Source: Puccinia triticina (taxonomy: Eukaryota). Taken from it: a DNA stretch of 64,000 nt. The position numbers were made by a program, and so were the translations under genes. Under the pieces are notes generated by a model that was given only the letters and a program-made list of their open reading frames with translations, was not told the origin of the DNA and searched no databases. The stretch covers positions 6,696,001 through 6,760,000 of the forward strand of contig CP110439.1 of assembly GCA_026914245.1 (NCBI GenBank). Direction: 5' to 3'. Below are positions 1-13,254 of this stretch, piece after piece (position 1 is the first letter of the stretch; each line of letters opens with the position of its first letter).

Positions 1-1202
1 CATCACCCTTGAGATCCTTGTTCACATGATTCATCGCCGCGATAGAGACTGAAAACAGTCACCGGCTCGACTCCCAGGAGCCAATGGAGCTTACCAAGTG
101 CGAAGGCGCGGTGCGTGGTGGACAATTGCTGAGATGATTGTGTTGGCCAACGTCAAGGCCGAGTGCAAGCATTGGATCGGCGGAAGAACACAATGACTGG
201 CGGAAGGGCGCTGGGGGTCTTGGCAGATGGACAAGGCTGAACGGGATCTTTGGGAACCGGAGAAGCAGGGAGGCCAGTCAGGGCAAAGAGAAGATCGACG
301 ACGAGTCCCATCAGATGACGCTGGTCGATGCGCGCAAAAACAAAAACAAAAGACTCACCTAGCAGCACCTCAAACATTAGCCCAAAATGAGTTGAACCCG
401 ACATTGTCGGGTGATCTTGTGTGATGGCTGGCGGCGGTGGGGTTTGGAGTGAAGGCACGAGATTTGGAGTGTACGGGCGGTGTGGAGTGATGGGTGGGGA
501 TATCGGACAAGTGAAAGTCGCGCGGGATTGAAGCCGGTTTCAAGCCAGCGGGATTCCAGACATCTGGCGGGGATTCTCAGTCTACGACTGGGCTCGCGTG
601 CACGTGCAATCCCAGTCTAACACTGGCTGGTTGGAGGTTACATAGGTCCTGGAGACCTGGTTGTGTTCTCAATGGTGAGCCCAGCACCATCGGATTCTGG
701 GCTTCCCAGCGCCGCGGTAGATTGTGGCTGGGGTGAAGTGTATTTAAGGGTGCTTGTCGGTAGGAGTCCTAGTTTGCCGAGTATCTCGCAACGGTCGGGA
801 GGCTTGCGGTGGCAGTCTTGGTGTTTTCTTGCGATGGGTGACGGTCAGGAAAGAGAAGTGAGGGTGGAGGGTGCGCCTATAAATAGAGCGGCCTCTGGCA
901 AAGTGGAATTGCCAGTCGACTCGCTGTGCTGCACTTCCAGCCAGTGAGTTGACTCAAGCCCCTCCGCTGCTGTGTTTGCACAGTTTGAGGGTGAAAGGTG
1001 ATGACCCCCCTTTGCAACTTGCCTTAAATGCGGCGCGCTGGGGGTCATCTGCCCAATACTTGCACCCTCTCTAGAAGAGGATGGGTATTGGGCTGGGTGT
1101 TTTTTTGGGCTGTTTTTTATTTTTATTTTTTTATTTTGATTATTTTGTAGGGGAAACCCTTGATTTTTGTTTTTGTGATTGTCTGTCTTTAATAAACTCA
1201 GA
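1..1202 (-). mobile_element. 5' part of a non-autonomous Helitron, continuing off the left edge of the window
   Basis: About 860-1202 is similar to 10260-10747 and 41830-42327. It ends in a minus-strand A|TC 5' terminus (TCTGAGTTTATTAAAG). A GTGAGT donor-like site near 358 on the minus strand suggests an unidentified captured exon. Confidence 0.55.
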
Positions 1203-1743
1203 TGTGATGAAACCAAACAAGTGAACTGGACAGGGAAAGAGAATATGAATGCATGATTTCAATCTCATGTTGGGGAAAGTTCTGGAGGACTTAGTGAAAT
1301 TCTCATTTCATTTTGAACTAAGGGTCTGTACCATAGGGCATGAAAATTGAAATTTTCCAAATTAATCTTGCTAAAATATTCTTAGAACTATGGTAAAGGA
1401 CCCAAGAATATGAAGTGACCAGCAATTTCACAGCAGTGACCAACAAGTTTTGCTCAGAATGTGAAAGTGCAACAGAAGAAGGGGTTGAAACCAACCCCCA
1501 GCTATGATTGAATTGTAAGGAACAGCATGGGGATCCATCAATCTTTCAATAGCTCCCACTCATACAAATATTTTGTTGTTGATAGTTGGTAATCTGGAAA
1601 ACAGTGAAGAATCTGGAAGAATATAGTTCCTTTGCCTTGAGGCTCATTCAAAAAATCTAATCCACCCCCAGGCCATTGGTGAGGGTCAAAGCCTTTCCGG
1701 GTAGCAGGTTTGATTCAATACTTGATGATTATGTTTTTATTTG

Positions 1744-1770
1744 CAGTGGCGAAGCCGCCTTGGCCTCTAG
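1744..1770 (+). mobile_element. Helitron 3' terminus (GC hairpin + CTAG|T)
   Basis: CAGTGGCGAAGCCGCCTTGGCCTCTAG|T is the same motif seen inverted at 6913, 10755 and 31160. The matching 5' end was not located. Confidence 0.65.
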
Positions 1771-2686
1771 TAATCTCCTAAGTTGTAAGTGATGACGTTT
1801 GTTGTGTCATTGCTTGACATAATAGCGCAAAGCTTCTTATGATTTGACTTGTACACAGTACCTCACCTGTCACAGTTTTACACATAATAAATATAAATAT
1901 TCATTATGATTTCTTTGTTGAGTGTACAAAAGTACTACGCACGAGGGGTACTCCTCTTAAGAGGGTTTGTATTCCAACAATAAGGTACCACCAGAGAGGG
2001 TACAACAGGTACCCCACAAATTTTTATAGTGGTAACCAATCAGTTAGGTTGGCTGCTGATTTATGATTGGTTTGGTTTCCTGTTCAAGGCTATGTTGACT
2101 CAATAGGAGCTGAGTTGTATTCAGCAACATTGTGGATACTGCCTGATGATATCCAATCAAATTTATATGTCCAAGCTCCACTGAAAAGCAAGTTATTGAT
2201 CAGGGGCTAGGTAGTATTCTGGAGTGTACCTGGGTGTCACCTGGGGGTTTTTCCCCAGATCAGGCACCTGGTAATATTGGTTGGGTGCGCTGGCGTGCCA
2301 AGGGATACCAGGTACCAAAAGGCCATCTCTACCTTCAAGGGCAAAAAACTATAGCAAGAATTTGCAAATTATGCCTAAATGGGAGTTTTACATAGACTAG
2401 AGCCTGAGTATGCAGCGGCAAAGTCTCCCTGGCATCTAGTATTAGTCAAAGGCACATCTTTTGTTGGAAAATGGCTTAACAAACAACCAATGCTCCAGTG
2501 AAACATGGAAAAAAGAATTCCCTTGCAGAGAGCCAGGGTATGATGAAATCTACAAGATCCATCAGACTGAATCCCACACATTCAAGCACTGCTATTTTTT
2601 GAAGCCTTCATGAAATCAAACACCAACTAAAAAAAGAGGCTGTCAGTCTCCTTTCCTTATCTTTGTGTCTCAAATGTGAGGTTTGA

Positions 2687-2885
2687 CACCTGTCTCATTA
2701 AAATTTACCTCATACCTCTTGTTATATTCTCTTACACGTTTCTAGGATTTTGTATTTTTACTAAGGTCTCATTTCCTTATCTTTGTGTTTCATACTTGGT
2801 GATTGGCACCTGTCTCATTCCAATTCACCTCATAAATCTTGTTATATTCTCTTACACGTTTCTAGGATTGCATATTTTTACTGTC
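2687..2885. repeat. Imperfect tandem duplication, period about 120 bp
   Basis: CACCTGTCTCATT...CTTGTTATATTCTCTTACACGTTTCTAGGATT occurs twice, at about 2687 and 2807. Confidence 0.75.
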
Positions 2886-3795
2886 TCATCTTTTCCCCAA
2901 CCACAAGTCAGCCAGCCCTCAATTCAACATATAATCTTCCCTTTAGGCCAATTATCAGCTCATCAGTGTTCAATAGCAGATATCAACACAAGTCTGGCAT
3001 TGCCCCAATAGCTACTTCTTCTGCTTGATACCAGTAAAAATTCTGCTATAGCCTCTTTGAGTTTGCTTCAATCACCCTTTTCTCTTGAAAAAATCAACAT
3101 CATAAGCTTATCAAAGCCATTCTATCCCACATATATTATTCAACACTTGAACCAGTATTTTGGAACATTCAAAAACAATCTATAGCACTATTTACTATAG
3201 CTGGACAGGTCTTTCAAGAAAATTCATTAAACCTTATAGATCTTTTTCAAAGAATCCCTCCTTGATTTGTTGATCTGAAAGATGTCTCAATATCACTGTA
3301 GTGTATTTGAGCGTATTCTCTATACATCTCTAGGTTATCTTCTCTGTATTCTATACCAAGTTGATGCATCACCTGGAGCCAACCGATCATATCCTTGAGG
3401 GGATCCTTGGGGTTCTTCAGGTTCAAGAAGAGGCTGCTGCGGTTGTTGATAAATATCTTGATTTACAAGAAGAAAATTTTCATAGAAAACGTCTTATTCT
3501 TTCCCTTTTCACGCAAAACTAAGGAACAACAGTCAGGTGAAACATGGGAAAAAATCAAACTTCAACAGAGAGAGGTGATATAAATTTCCCCCAAATTGAT
3601 ACACCTTCATCCCAAGAATTCAACCACTGCAATCTCAGACATGCTTCAAGACATCAAACTGCAAGCAATAGAAGAAATCATCAATATTCTTTCCTTATCT
3701 TTCAGCTTCAAACCAATTCATCTGCTTTAGTGGTATTACTTGTCTATTCTGAATGTGCCTCAAATACTTCCTTGCTTAGCATGAATTAAATCAAA

Positions 3796-3824
3796 CTAGA
3801 GCACAAGGCGGCTACGCCGCTGCA
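3796..3824 (-). mobile_element. Helitron 3' terminus
   Basis: The plus strand reads A|CTAGAGCACAAGGCGGCTACGCCGCTGCA, which is hairpin + CTAG|T on the minus strand. A more degenerate copy lies near 3934. Confidence 0.6.
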
Positions 3825-5377
3825 ATCTCAAGGATACAGTGGCTGAGAATTCCCCCATACTTTCACAAGCTTTAGAACAACTCAAGAGGAGTTGTGACAG
3901 TGTCAACACCGGTTGAATTTGGATAGAATTTGCCTAGGGGGCTATGCTGCTGCACCCTGAGGCCTCAATCCCCCTCCCCCCCTGAAAACCAGGGGAATAT
4001 ATTTCAGCATGATTATTGTTGTGCTGTAGTTTTAGCTTTTCCAAAAAGCAAATTTACTTATTGCAATTCCAAAAATAATTTTATAACCAATGTCTTAATA
4101 AGATCAATCCACCTGGATTATCTTCAACAATGTTTAAGATAGACCATTCATGTGAGAACCTTTTTCTTGAAATTAAATCTAATTGTCAGTGAGTCTCAAT
4201 TTTTCCCAACATTAAAGAGGGATTTTGTTTCCCTCTCTATACTTGATCAGAGCAAGAGGGTATTCAGAAATTTACTTTTTTCCCCCAAGGTTTATCAAAT
4301 GTACCCTAGTAACTCAGATTTTCATGTCAGCAGGTGATATACTTGTCTAGACAGGATCTGAAAAATGCATGTCACAGAGGAGGCCTATCCAAGGTTCAAC
4401 AGGGTGGACAGAAAGGGCTTAGCCTACCCGCTGATAAGATGGGAGAGAGGGTGAAGCAGGAGGCGGGGCGGCGGTTGGGGACGTCAAAGATAATAGGAAA
4501 GCACTTCAAATATGGTGGGAAACATGGGCCAGTATTGTTCCATGAGCAGCTCCTCCTTGATCATGCTGAGTGCCCCAGCATGCTTGCAGGCCAGTCTGTG
4601 CGAGAGCTCGGTGAGGGAACAGGGTGGTGTCCGGAGGAGTGGACCCGCGGCAAGCACCGGAGAGCAGACTCAGCTGGGAGCTGGTCAATGGCGCAGACGC
4701 GACCGTCGGCGGGGGCGGGCGCCAAACCAGGAACTTCTAGATAAACATCTGGGGCCAACAGATGGTTGGGAAGCCCAGCCCGATGGGCTTTGGCTCAGTG
4801 GCTGCTGGGACTGAAAAATCACGTGCCTCGTGGAGGCTCATGCAGGCTATCTTGGCACCTTTACCATGCTTTGAGTGCCTGGTCGAGCGTTCTCCGACTC
4901 CGCGGTTGAGCTCTTAGCCTGTTCTTCCTTCACTTGCACTCTGGCTTTGAGATAACAACTGAAACAAACAATTCTTTCACCCGCCAATCCACTTTGGCTG
5001 TTGCTCTCACCTGGTACTTGCTGCGGGCTACTGTTTGGCAGCTCCTGCAGCAAGTGTGGGAAGTGAGGCAGCAAAGGATGATTCCTTTGCTGGCTTCGAC
5101 CAGGGAAAAGAAAGAGATCTGAGGTTTCTATTCCCGGCACACATCAGAAAGTGGGGGTTCAGGCGCAAGCCTAACCCCTGTCCTGACGGGCGAACCAAAT
5201 AGATGATCTGCATTGCAACTAAACCCGTATGACAGAGGAACGGAAGATTGAGCATTTGGTTTGACAATCCCAAAAATTCAAATCTTTGTTTCAGCCCCTC
5301 AAAACAAGGGGCGCGGACAATCTCACTTTGGATTTTGTGGGCCAAGCTCAAACCATACATCTCTGAGAGGAGTCTTG

Positions 5378-5833
5378 TGTAACGACTTGCGCTGACAAAT
5401 TATGGCTTACGAAGTTATACGGCTGATTAATACTCCGGCTTTGTAGATTGTGAATCATGCAGATCAGCTTGGCAGGACTGATCATTTAGATTCGATCTAC
5501 GTGGAGCTATGACGTATCTGTTTTTATGATGTCGTCATCGGAGTCAAGCAGAATTCGTCTTTATGTTCCTCTTTTCGGTTCTTGTCTTTCCTTCCTTCTT
5601 TTCTCTCTCTCCCTATTGGGATATTCTTTGTTATAGTTTCTCATCATCATAAAATCTTATCTGAGTAATTCATTCTCATGATACAAACAAACAATCAACA
5701 GATTACCTTATCAACTTGACCAAAAACTATAAATCATAAAAATCCTAGTTCTACTAGTCTGGCATCCGGCGAACTATCTTCTTAGATAGTTTCATAGCCA
5801 TATAGCGAAGAGATTAGTAGGCGGGCCTTCACA
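5378..5833 (+). mobile_element. Probable 5' LTR of a truncated Ty3/Gypsy element
   Basis: Bounded by TGTAA...TTCACA and immediately followed by a candidate self-priming PBS and a gag ORF. There is no second LTR in the window to confirm the boundaries. Confidence 0.45.
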
Positions 5834-5892
5834 ATTATATCCCAATCCTTTTCAAATATTCCCTTGTAAATAAATTTTTTACCCAATCAAAA

Positions 5893-6912
5893 ATGTCCGA
5901 CAACTCCAAAATTGCACCAATGACTCCTATTCGTAACCCTCCAACTTTTACTCCCTCATCCCCGTCAGTGGCAGCTCTTCTGATACCGGGACCTTCTCAA
6001 GGACCGTCAAATCAATTGCCGTTTTTCGCCATCGGGACTCCTTCTCCTATCGACCATAATTCGCCTTCGTTCATGGCTTTCTCACCTCGTCACATTCCTT
6101 TTGTTTCCCCTCAACCCAGTCAACCACCTCTTCAAGAATTGTCTCATTTTGCCAATCATCCTGGACATATGGAGGATGACATTTCAGCTTTGCTTTTGAA
6201 TCTGCGGGTCGACAATTCAACTCAATCAACATTGATTCAGGCACAGGCGGCTTCAATCGCTCTTCTGACCGCGCAAGCCTGACAGGACAAGAAATCGATT
6301 TCATCCTTACAGTCCGAGACAAAGAACATCAAGGACATTTTTCATGGGGAGTTGGTGAAGAATCAATTGGAGCATCAACAATCAATTGCTCATCTTTGCG
6401 GATTGTTGGAAGGCTTGAATGATCCGCTGGGGGGCCGATTGGGACAATTGGAAGTCTTAAGTACTAATCCTATTTCGGAGCGACCCAGAATTTTCATTGA
6501 ACCACCCCATCAATCCCATATTTTTTTCACCGGGGCACCACGCGAAACTAATAATTTCTGCTTCAGTATGAGAAACACGTTTGAGCGGATTGGCAAGCAG
6601 TTCAGTACTGAAAAACAGAAGATTATGTGGATATCGGGTTATTTTTGATCTCCTACCGGACGCACAGATGACAAGGTCCCATCTTACACGTGGTGGCGTG
6701 GGTTGGTTTTGAGTAATGCGGAGGCTCTTCATTTGCCAACTCTTAGAGCGTTGGCTGGTATGGATTACATCTTGGCTGAGCTTTGTGATTTCAACTCCTT
6801 TATTAACGCAATTGAGCATACGTTTGCTAATTACCATGAGTATGAAGAGGTGGAGGCGGCCTTTTATGCCGCTCAGTAGGGGAATAAGACAATTGAAGAG
6901 TTTAATATATTA
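5893..6912 (+). pseudogene. Decayed retrotransposon gag, truncated by a Helitron
   Basis: Gag-like motifs (FTGAPRETNNF, FSTEKQKIMWISGYF, SYTWW, GNKTIEEFNIL) are interrupted by stops. The sequence ends exactly at the Helitron CTAG at 6913. Confidence 0.7.
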
Positions 6913-9900
6913 CTAGAGGCTAAGGCGGCTCCGCCGCTGCAGGGAAAAAATCCTCAAAGACACATTTGTTACACACAAAAAATCATCTTACCCATTTTTG
7001 AGCATGTCTGGATGGTTTAAGGGCAAAAAAAAAATGAAGCTAAGGGGCAAACACATGTTTACTGGAAATGCTTGATAGCCATCAGTGTAACAGCAGTTGT
7101 TCATCTTTCATCTTCTAGCATTTTTAGCCCCCATTTGCTGTGCAACATACGCATACAAGCCACCATGTGTAAAACTGATTCATATTATGTAATCATAATT
7201 TGTGGTTTGTGAAGCCCCTGCATGACATCAAATCTGCAGTGAGGCCAGTGACTTTGGATATGTCCGCGGATTGGTTCCGCTACAAGGACAAAACCCCAGA
7301 CCTCCGCTGCACTGGCACCATCAAAACGCAGTATTTACTTGTTTTGATGGTCACAACAGACTACAGAGATTACAATTGATTTTTAGTATATACTGATCAT
7401 GAAGGTCTAGTGAGAATATTTGTTATTTGGGATTGTGCATGCAGGGCGATGATTGGAACAACTGGTTGTCAAGCTATGTACGCACATTCCTTCACAGCAT
7501 AACAGAACAAATGAGAAATCAGAACTTGAGCAGGTGTGCCCTGATTGTTTGTGAGCCAGACACCAGGGTTGCCAAGGAGAGCTGCACATGTGACAATGGC
7601 CAGGAGATTGCTGGGTATAAAATATACATATTTATCTCCCCATCTTAAGGGGTATAGTCTAGCAGCACATTGCAGCTTATGGTGCCAAAAATAATCTTGA
7701 GGAATGGATTCTTCAAAATCAAGAAATTAACTTGCACTGCAGGCTGTAAAAGATCCTTGTGAAGAAGGCCTAAATTAGGGGGAAATCTAGCATTTCTTTC
7801 TAGTGACTCTTTTGGGTGCCAAAAACATGTTCAAAAAATTCATCAGTGCTAAATTCATTCATGTCATTGTTCACCACATTTTACAAACCAGGTTAGACTT
7901 GATTTATGAAGAGATCAAAGCCTTTAGGACAGCATGATCCAGTCCTCTCAAATACTTTGGAAATGTGTATCCAACATTGTGCAACAACTGCAAAATGCTG
8001 CGAATAGTAATGTCTTACTGAATGCCTCATGAAAAGGGGGGAAAGATTGATTACAACTGAGTAGGAATATACATGAGAAGACACATTAAAATATGAAAAA
8101 GAGACTTTCTGTTGAGCATAAATCATCTCCACATAATGATGGAGCGCTAGTTGAATACTAAAGTTCAAGTTTAAGATAAATAGGCAGGAGAAAGGAAAAA
8201 TATGGACAATGGTGGGGAGAGCCTTGGCCTGCACAAAATGGTTGGCAAGGTGTGCCAGAGGTGCTCAGGATGGAGGCATGTCTGTGGGGGACGATGAGGG
8301 TTATGACTGGGGACCAAGCAATCAAACTTGTATGCGCTGAGGTCCTTCTGGAGCTTGTGGTTAGTGGTTGTCCAGAGCAACCGTCGTCGTTCGCGTCGTC
8401 ATTGTTGAGGTGAAGGTGGAGGCCAGGAGGTCGACGCTGTGCACTTTTTGAGGCGCCGGCGTGAGTGTCTGCGGCTTTCGCGGGGCACACGTTGCAGCTG
8501 ATTCGGCAGGTTTGACAGGCCGGGAGATGGGTGTCTTGTCGCCCAAGTCAATCTCCGGCTGAAGGGCCATGGGCGGCGTGTGGCAGCGCATCGGCGGCTC
8601 AGGAGGCGCCGGACCGCTCTCCGGGCTGGTCTGTGCCGAAGAAGAAGAAGACGACGCTGACGACGAGGTTGTTGTTGTTGTTGTTGTCTGCCCCTTCGGC
8701 GAGGCTTCAGAAGAGCCGTCGGGGGCGAACATGCTCTTGAGGATCTCGAAGTGTTTATGTACGCCGGGCGGGGCCTCCTGCGGGGCCTTGCCTGCGTCCG
8801 TCGTCGTAGGGACGGGCAGGGGGTCGAGTTCAGACGGGGAAGGGTCTTGAGAGTACGCGGTGATAGCCCGGACGCGGTCAGATGAGAACTTAGTGCGAGG
8901 GTCCCTCGAGCCTTCGCCGAGATCTATGAGCACGTTACAGGACGTCCACCACTCTTTATACTCTTCCTGGATCTTTTGGATCACACTGTACACGCGGTCC
9001 AGCGCCCCGGGACTCACTTGTTGACCAGCCGAGCCCGAGGCCGAGTCTTCCTGTTTCGCGGGGAGGTCCGGCAGCCGGTCCGGCTCCTGATGCAAATCTG
9101 AATCACTATCTGGCTCGTCCGCATTCGAAAAGCTCTGTGGACGGAGTGTCGCACGGAGCATCTTTCGATACGTCCGTCTCATCGATTTCAACCCTGTGCA
9201 GTGGGGAAAACAGTCAGCCGTCATGTTTCGAAAATTTCCCGGAAAGACATGGGACTAACCCTCAATTCCCCTGGCGAATTCCTTGACCTGATTGAGTTCG
9301 GTTTAGAGGCGCCCCTGCTGGGACGTGATCCTCGAAGGAATGCGCAGCTCACCCATACTGTTACTGCGTGTTAGGTTAGTAGGGTTCGGCAAGTTGCTGA
9401 TATGGACGAGACGATTGGAGAGATCGTGTTCGCCGTCCGAATGGGAGTGGGCAGGGGTTCCGAGTAAGGCACCATGTGATTCAAAAGCACGCGCGTGTTG
9501 TAAGGATATCGCGCGCCCCACGCGGACGAGGTCGGGCTGAGGTCAACATGGGCTTGACCAAAAGCTGAGAGCGAATGCGCGAGGGCTGCGGGCGCATGTT
9601 TGACGCAGTGCCAGAGCCCTAGGATCGTCAGGGCGGAAGGGCTGGAGCAAATTGGCGGCTGGTCGGGCCTGGTGGAGGACCAGCAACAGGGAGGGTAGGA
9701 ATCTTTCAACTGTGAAATGAAAATCATTGGCAAGAGCCCACCTGTTCATTCTCTCTGTGAAGACAAAGGGAAAGGACGGACCAGATAGTTGGAAGACTTG
9801 GGCCATGGCCTTGGCTACCTGGACAGAGCGGTCGGAATCGCGCAGCGCGGCAAGCTGAAAAGATTCCGGCGAGGATGAGGGAAGGGGTCGGAGAGGGCGG

Positions 9901-10747
9901 GCAAAAGAACAGCGCCATCATTGACCACTTGTGCTCAAGCGCATGCAAGATCAGCGTCTCGGCCCTGGAAACACAGGCCTGTGTCAGCGTTGCCTGTTTT
10001 GTTTGAATGAAGGGGCAGAGGTGGGGGCAGGACGCACGAGGCGTCGAGCTTGATCTGGTAGTTCGACGCCTTCTTGGGAAGATGGTTGAGCAGAAACAGC
10101 GCCAGTTGTGGGGACGTGGAGTACGGTTGACTGGGCAACAGCGTTGTAGTTATGACGAGGGCGCGATTGCAGTGGAATTGTGCACCCTCATAGTCAGGGC
10201 CGCACGGTTTGTATTGGGCAGTGGCGTGGCGGTGGGTTGTTGTTGTCGCATGAGATGCGGTAGAGCTGCTGTATCGAGTTGGCAGGTGTGTATAAATAGG
10301 AGCTCATTGGGTTCAATAAATCCTCAGGCGTCCTCTGCCGCTGTACTTCCAGCGTGTGGTTCGTCCTCACCCCCTCCGCTGTTGCACTTGCGCAGTTTGA
10401 GGGGCTAAACTTGTTGGCCCCCCTTTGCATAATGCCTTCAATGCGGCGCGCTGGGGGTCATCCTCTCACCATTTTTTAACCCTGCTAGACAGGGATGAAT
10501 GGTGGGCCACGGTGCATCAGCTTGCTGATGTTAGGTGGCTGGGTGCAGATTATTTTTCTATTTTTGGTTGCTGTAATATTGTGGTTTTTTTGTTGATTTG
10601 GGAATTTGTAGAGGGAAAACCCTTAATATTTTTTTTTCTGGAAGTTGTAGAGGGGAAACCCTTGATTTGTTTTTGTGATTTTTGGAGATTTGTAGGGGAA
10701 ACCCTTGAATTTTTGTTTTGTGATTCCAAGGCTTTAATAAACTTGGA
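6913..10747 (-). mobile_element. Non-autonomous Helitron (about 3.8 kb) with a captured gene fragment
   Basis: The 5' end A|TCCAAGTTTATTAAAG is at 10747. The 3' end hairpin GCGGC-GGA-GCCGC followed by CTAG|T is at 6913. No Rep/helicase is encoded. Confidence 0.8.
8361..9521 (-). pseudogene. Captured host-gene fragment of unknown function
   Basis: ORFs 9303-9521 and 8361-9224 join in frame through one in-frame TAA (QQGRL*TELNQVKEFARGIE) and a 66-nt GTTAGT..CTGAC..CAG intron (9194-9259). The segment is GC-rich compared with its flanks. Confidence 0.6.
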
Positions 10748-12045
10748 TATATTACTAGAGGCCAAGGCAGCTTTGCCGCTGCAAATTCAATGGCCATCCT
10801 GCCTCTTTCAATCACCCCTCCCCTTGACAGGCTAGCCATATTAGACAGGCAAAAATGATTTTAAATCTGGCTAAGTAGGCTGTTGTGAAGCATCTCCCAT
10901 TCCCTGCTAAGGAACACACACTACATTGCATCCCATGCATGTAAAAAATGCATATTTCTGATTCAAATTAATTATATGCAAAAAAATTGGATTGCACAAG
11001 TCTTTAATTAATATGAATAAGTCAAGCCCTGATGTTTCTGTGAGAATGCTTAATATATAGCAAAAACTATTTAAAAAAATCCAAGGACACTTTAGTTATG
11101 ATTCATCTAATCACTTCATACTCCTCCACATCCAACCAAGCTCTGTCCATGCTCCCTGCCATTCTTGTGTGACCTGGTCTGTCTGGAGTTTGATAAATTT
11201 TGCCGGGAGGAGGGCCCCAGGTAGAAGCATTGGGAGTGGGGGCGGCAGGGATTGCCATTGACACTTGCAAAAGTACCACCTGCGCAGGGGCAAGGGGTTT
11301 TTTCAGAGAGGGCTGAACTTAACTAAGTCCCTCCTCCGCCTCCAAAGGAGGGACTTACAAAAAAGAGTTTTATTTTCTTTTTGGCATGACAGGTTTGCTC
11401 AATGTATGTACATCAACAGGCAAGAAGCCTGCAGATCTATTGGTATTTGTTTTGTTATATAGCACCCCACCCTAATTGTTAAGAAATCAGCTAGAAAGAA
11501 AGCCCCATAATGGGTCAGACAGGGGTCCCTAGGAGCATTGTCTCACAGATTGCAATCCATTTGATGTCAGTGTCATAAAAAAAAGCAAAATTGCCTTTCA
11601 TCCTCTGTACATACACCTGTCAGAGCTATGGAAAAAACAGACAGATGTGTCACTTTTTTGCCTCAAAGGAACTGTGTGTACTTCACTGTTTTGGGGTACC
11701 TGGCGGAGTGTCTCGCAGGTCATCTTCTGATGCTGATTTTTTGTTGAAGGAGCGGTGGTACATCCCCAAAATTTTGTAAGGTTGTAGGCAAAGTGTAGAC
11801 CTTCATCATGTTCTTTATGGTGCCACAATAGCGATTGTTTTGAAAAAGTTATTGCAGACTTCAGATTTTCTCTGCAAAATCTGAAAAACTCGTCACATCA
11901 AAAATGTCCACTGATTGAAAAGTCCCCCCTTCGGAGGCGGGCGCTAAGCGCCCAGGAGGGACTTTTGTAGCTAAGTTTGGGAGGGGGCCTTTGACTCGCA
12001 AGCGGTATGGCAGGGTGGGGGAGTCAAATTCTCACATCTACTCTT

Positions 12046-12283
12046 GATTACCGGTCTGACTGGTCATCACGAGGTCTTGAGTCCCCTCAATGACCGGTCT
12101 GACCGGTCATCAAGAGGTGGTGAGTCCCCTCAATGACCGGACTGACCGGTCATCAAGAGGAGATGTGAGCCCCCTCAATGACCGGCAAAGACCGGTCTTG
12201 AGAGGAGATGTGAGTCCCCTTGATGACCGGCACAGACCGGTCATCAAGAGATGCGAGCCCCCTCAATGACTGGCAGAGACCGG
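12046..12283. repeat. Left part of a tandem array of about 45-bp palindrome-containing units
   Basis: The unit is approximately ATGACCGGCAAAGACCGGTCATCAAGAGGAGATGTGAGTCCCCTCA, with about 5 copies here. Confidence 0.9.
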
Positions 12284-13073
12284 TATGGCGTTCCGTCCGG
12301 TGCTAGGCCGGCAGCAGCGCTGGGAGGGGAAAAGTGCCTTGGGGGCTGCCCTCGAGAATGGTCCTGATGTGAGACAAGTGTGATCAAAATTGATAGCTGG
12401 GAAGTGGTTTTGGAGGGAACAACAAAGGTTGGATCTTTGTTGGCGGTTGTTGTTGGAAGTTGTATCGCGCAATGAAATTGGGAAATGGATTGGAAAAAGA
12501 TCAAGGATCAAATAAATTTCTTGATAGCTGCCTTGGATCAGAGCAGATGCTATGGCCTCCTATCCTCCAAGTTCGCCTGGAACTTGGATTCCTGGAGGCC
12601 TGTCACAAGCATGTCATCATCTCCTCGCGCGCCGTGCGCGCGCACACACCAAAAAACAACAGAAAAGAAGAAAGAAAACACAACACTCAAAAAAAAATGA
12701 AACCAAAAGCAGGCAGATATAGAAGACATGATAAATGGAAGAGTGAGAGGAGAAAATAATCCAGAAATAAGAACACTGACAGAGAAGAAAGAAGAGGGAA
12801 GCAGAGCTAGAAGAAACAAAACAAGCCAATCAAACAAACAAATAAACCCACAGATAAACTGTGTTAGGACCAAGAAATGTAAGGATAAGTGAATGAGAAG
12901 GGAGACAGTGGAAAAGATTTGAGAGAGGTGGATTGGAAATGAGAAATAGGATGGAGGAGGGGGAGGGAACTGAGAGGGCTTGAGAAGGTAATCTTGAGTC
13001 TTGAGCATCTTGGAACCGGGGTCTTGATCTTGAAGGTTGATCTTGACGATTGACTACAATTTTGACCACCACA
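12284..13073 (-). repeat. 3' LTR of the element at 12284-25499
   Basis: Direct repeat of 24711-25499. The plus strand reads TATGGCG...CCACCACA. Confidence 0.92.
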
Positions 13074-13254
13074 TCACCCCACCGTTTACAGTCTGTCCCT
13101 AGACTGCACACTTGTTGCCGACAATCCGCAGAGGAACCGCGCTAAAGACAGAAAAAGAAGAAAGGGGTCCCACAAGCGGCTCACGGCAGTGGCTAAAGTA
13201 ATGCTTACAACAAAGGGAGTAGTAGGACCTGAGGTGCATACTAAGGAGGGGGAC

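Noticed and set aside
3000..3790. Decayed minus-strand coding remnant
   Set aside because: It has many stops and no motif I could identify with confidence.
11917..11967. Hairpin as a missing Helitron 3' end or ncRNA
   Set aside because: It lacks the correctly spaced CTAG, and I recognised no RNA family features.
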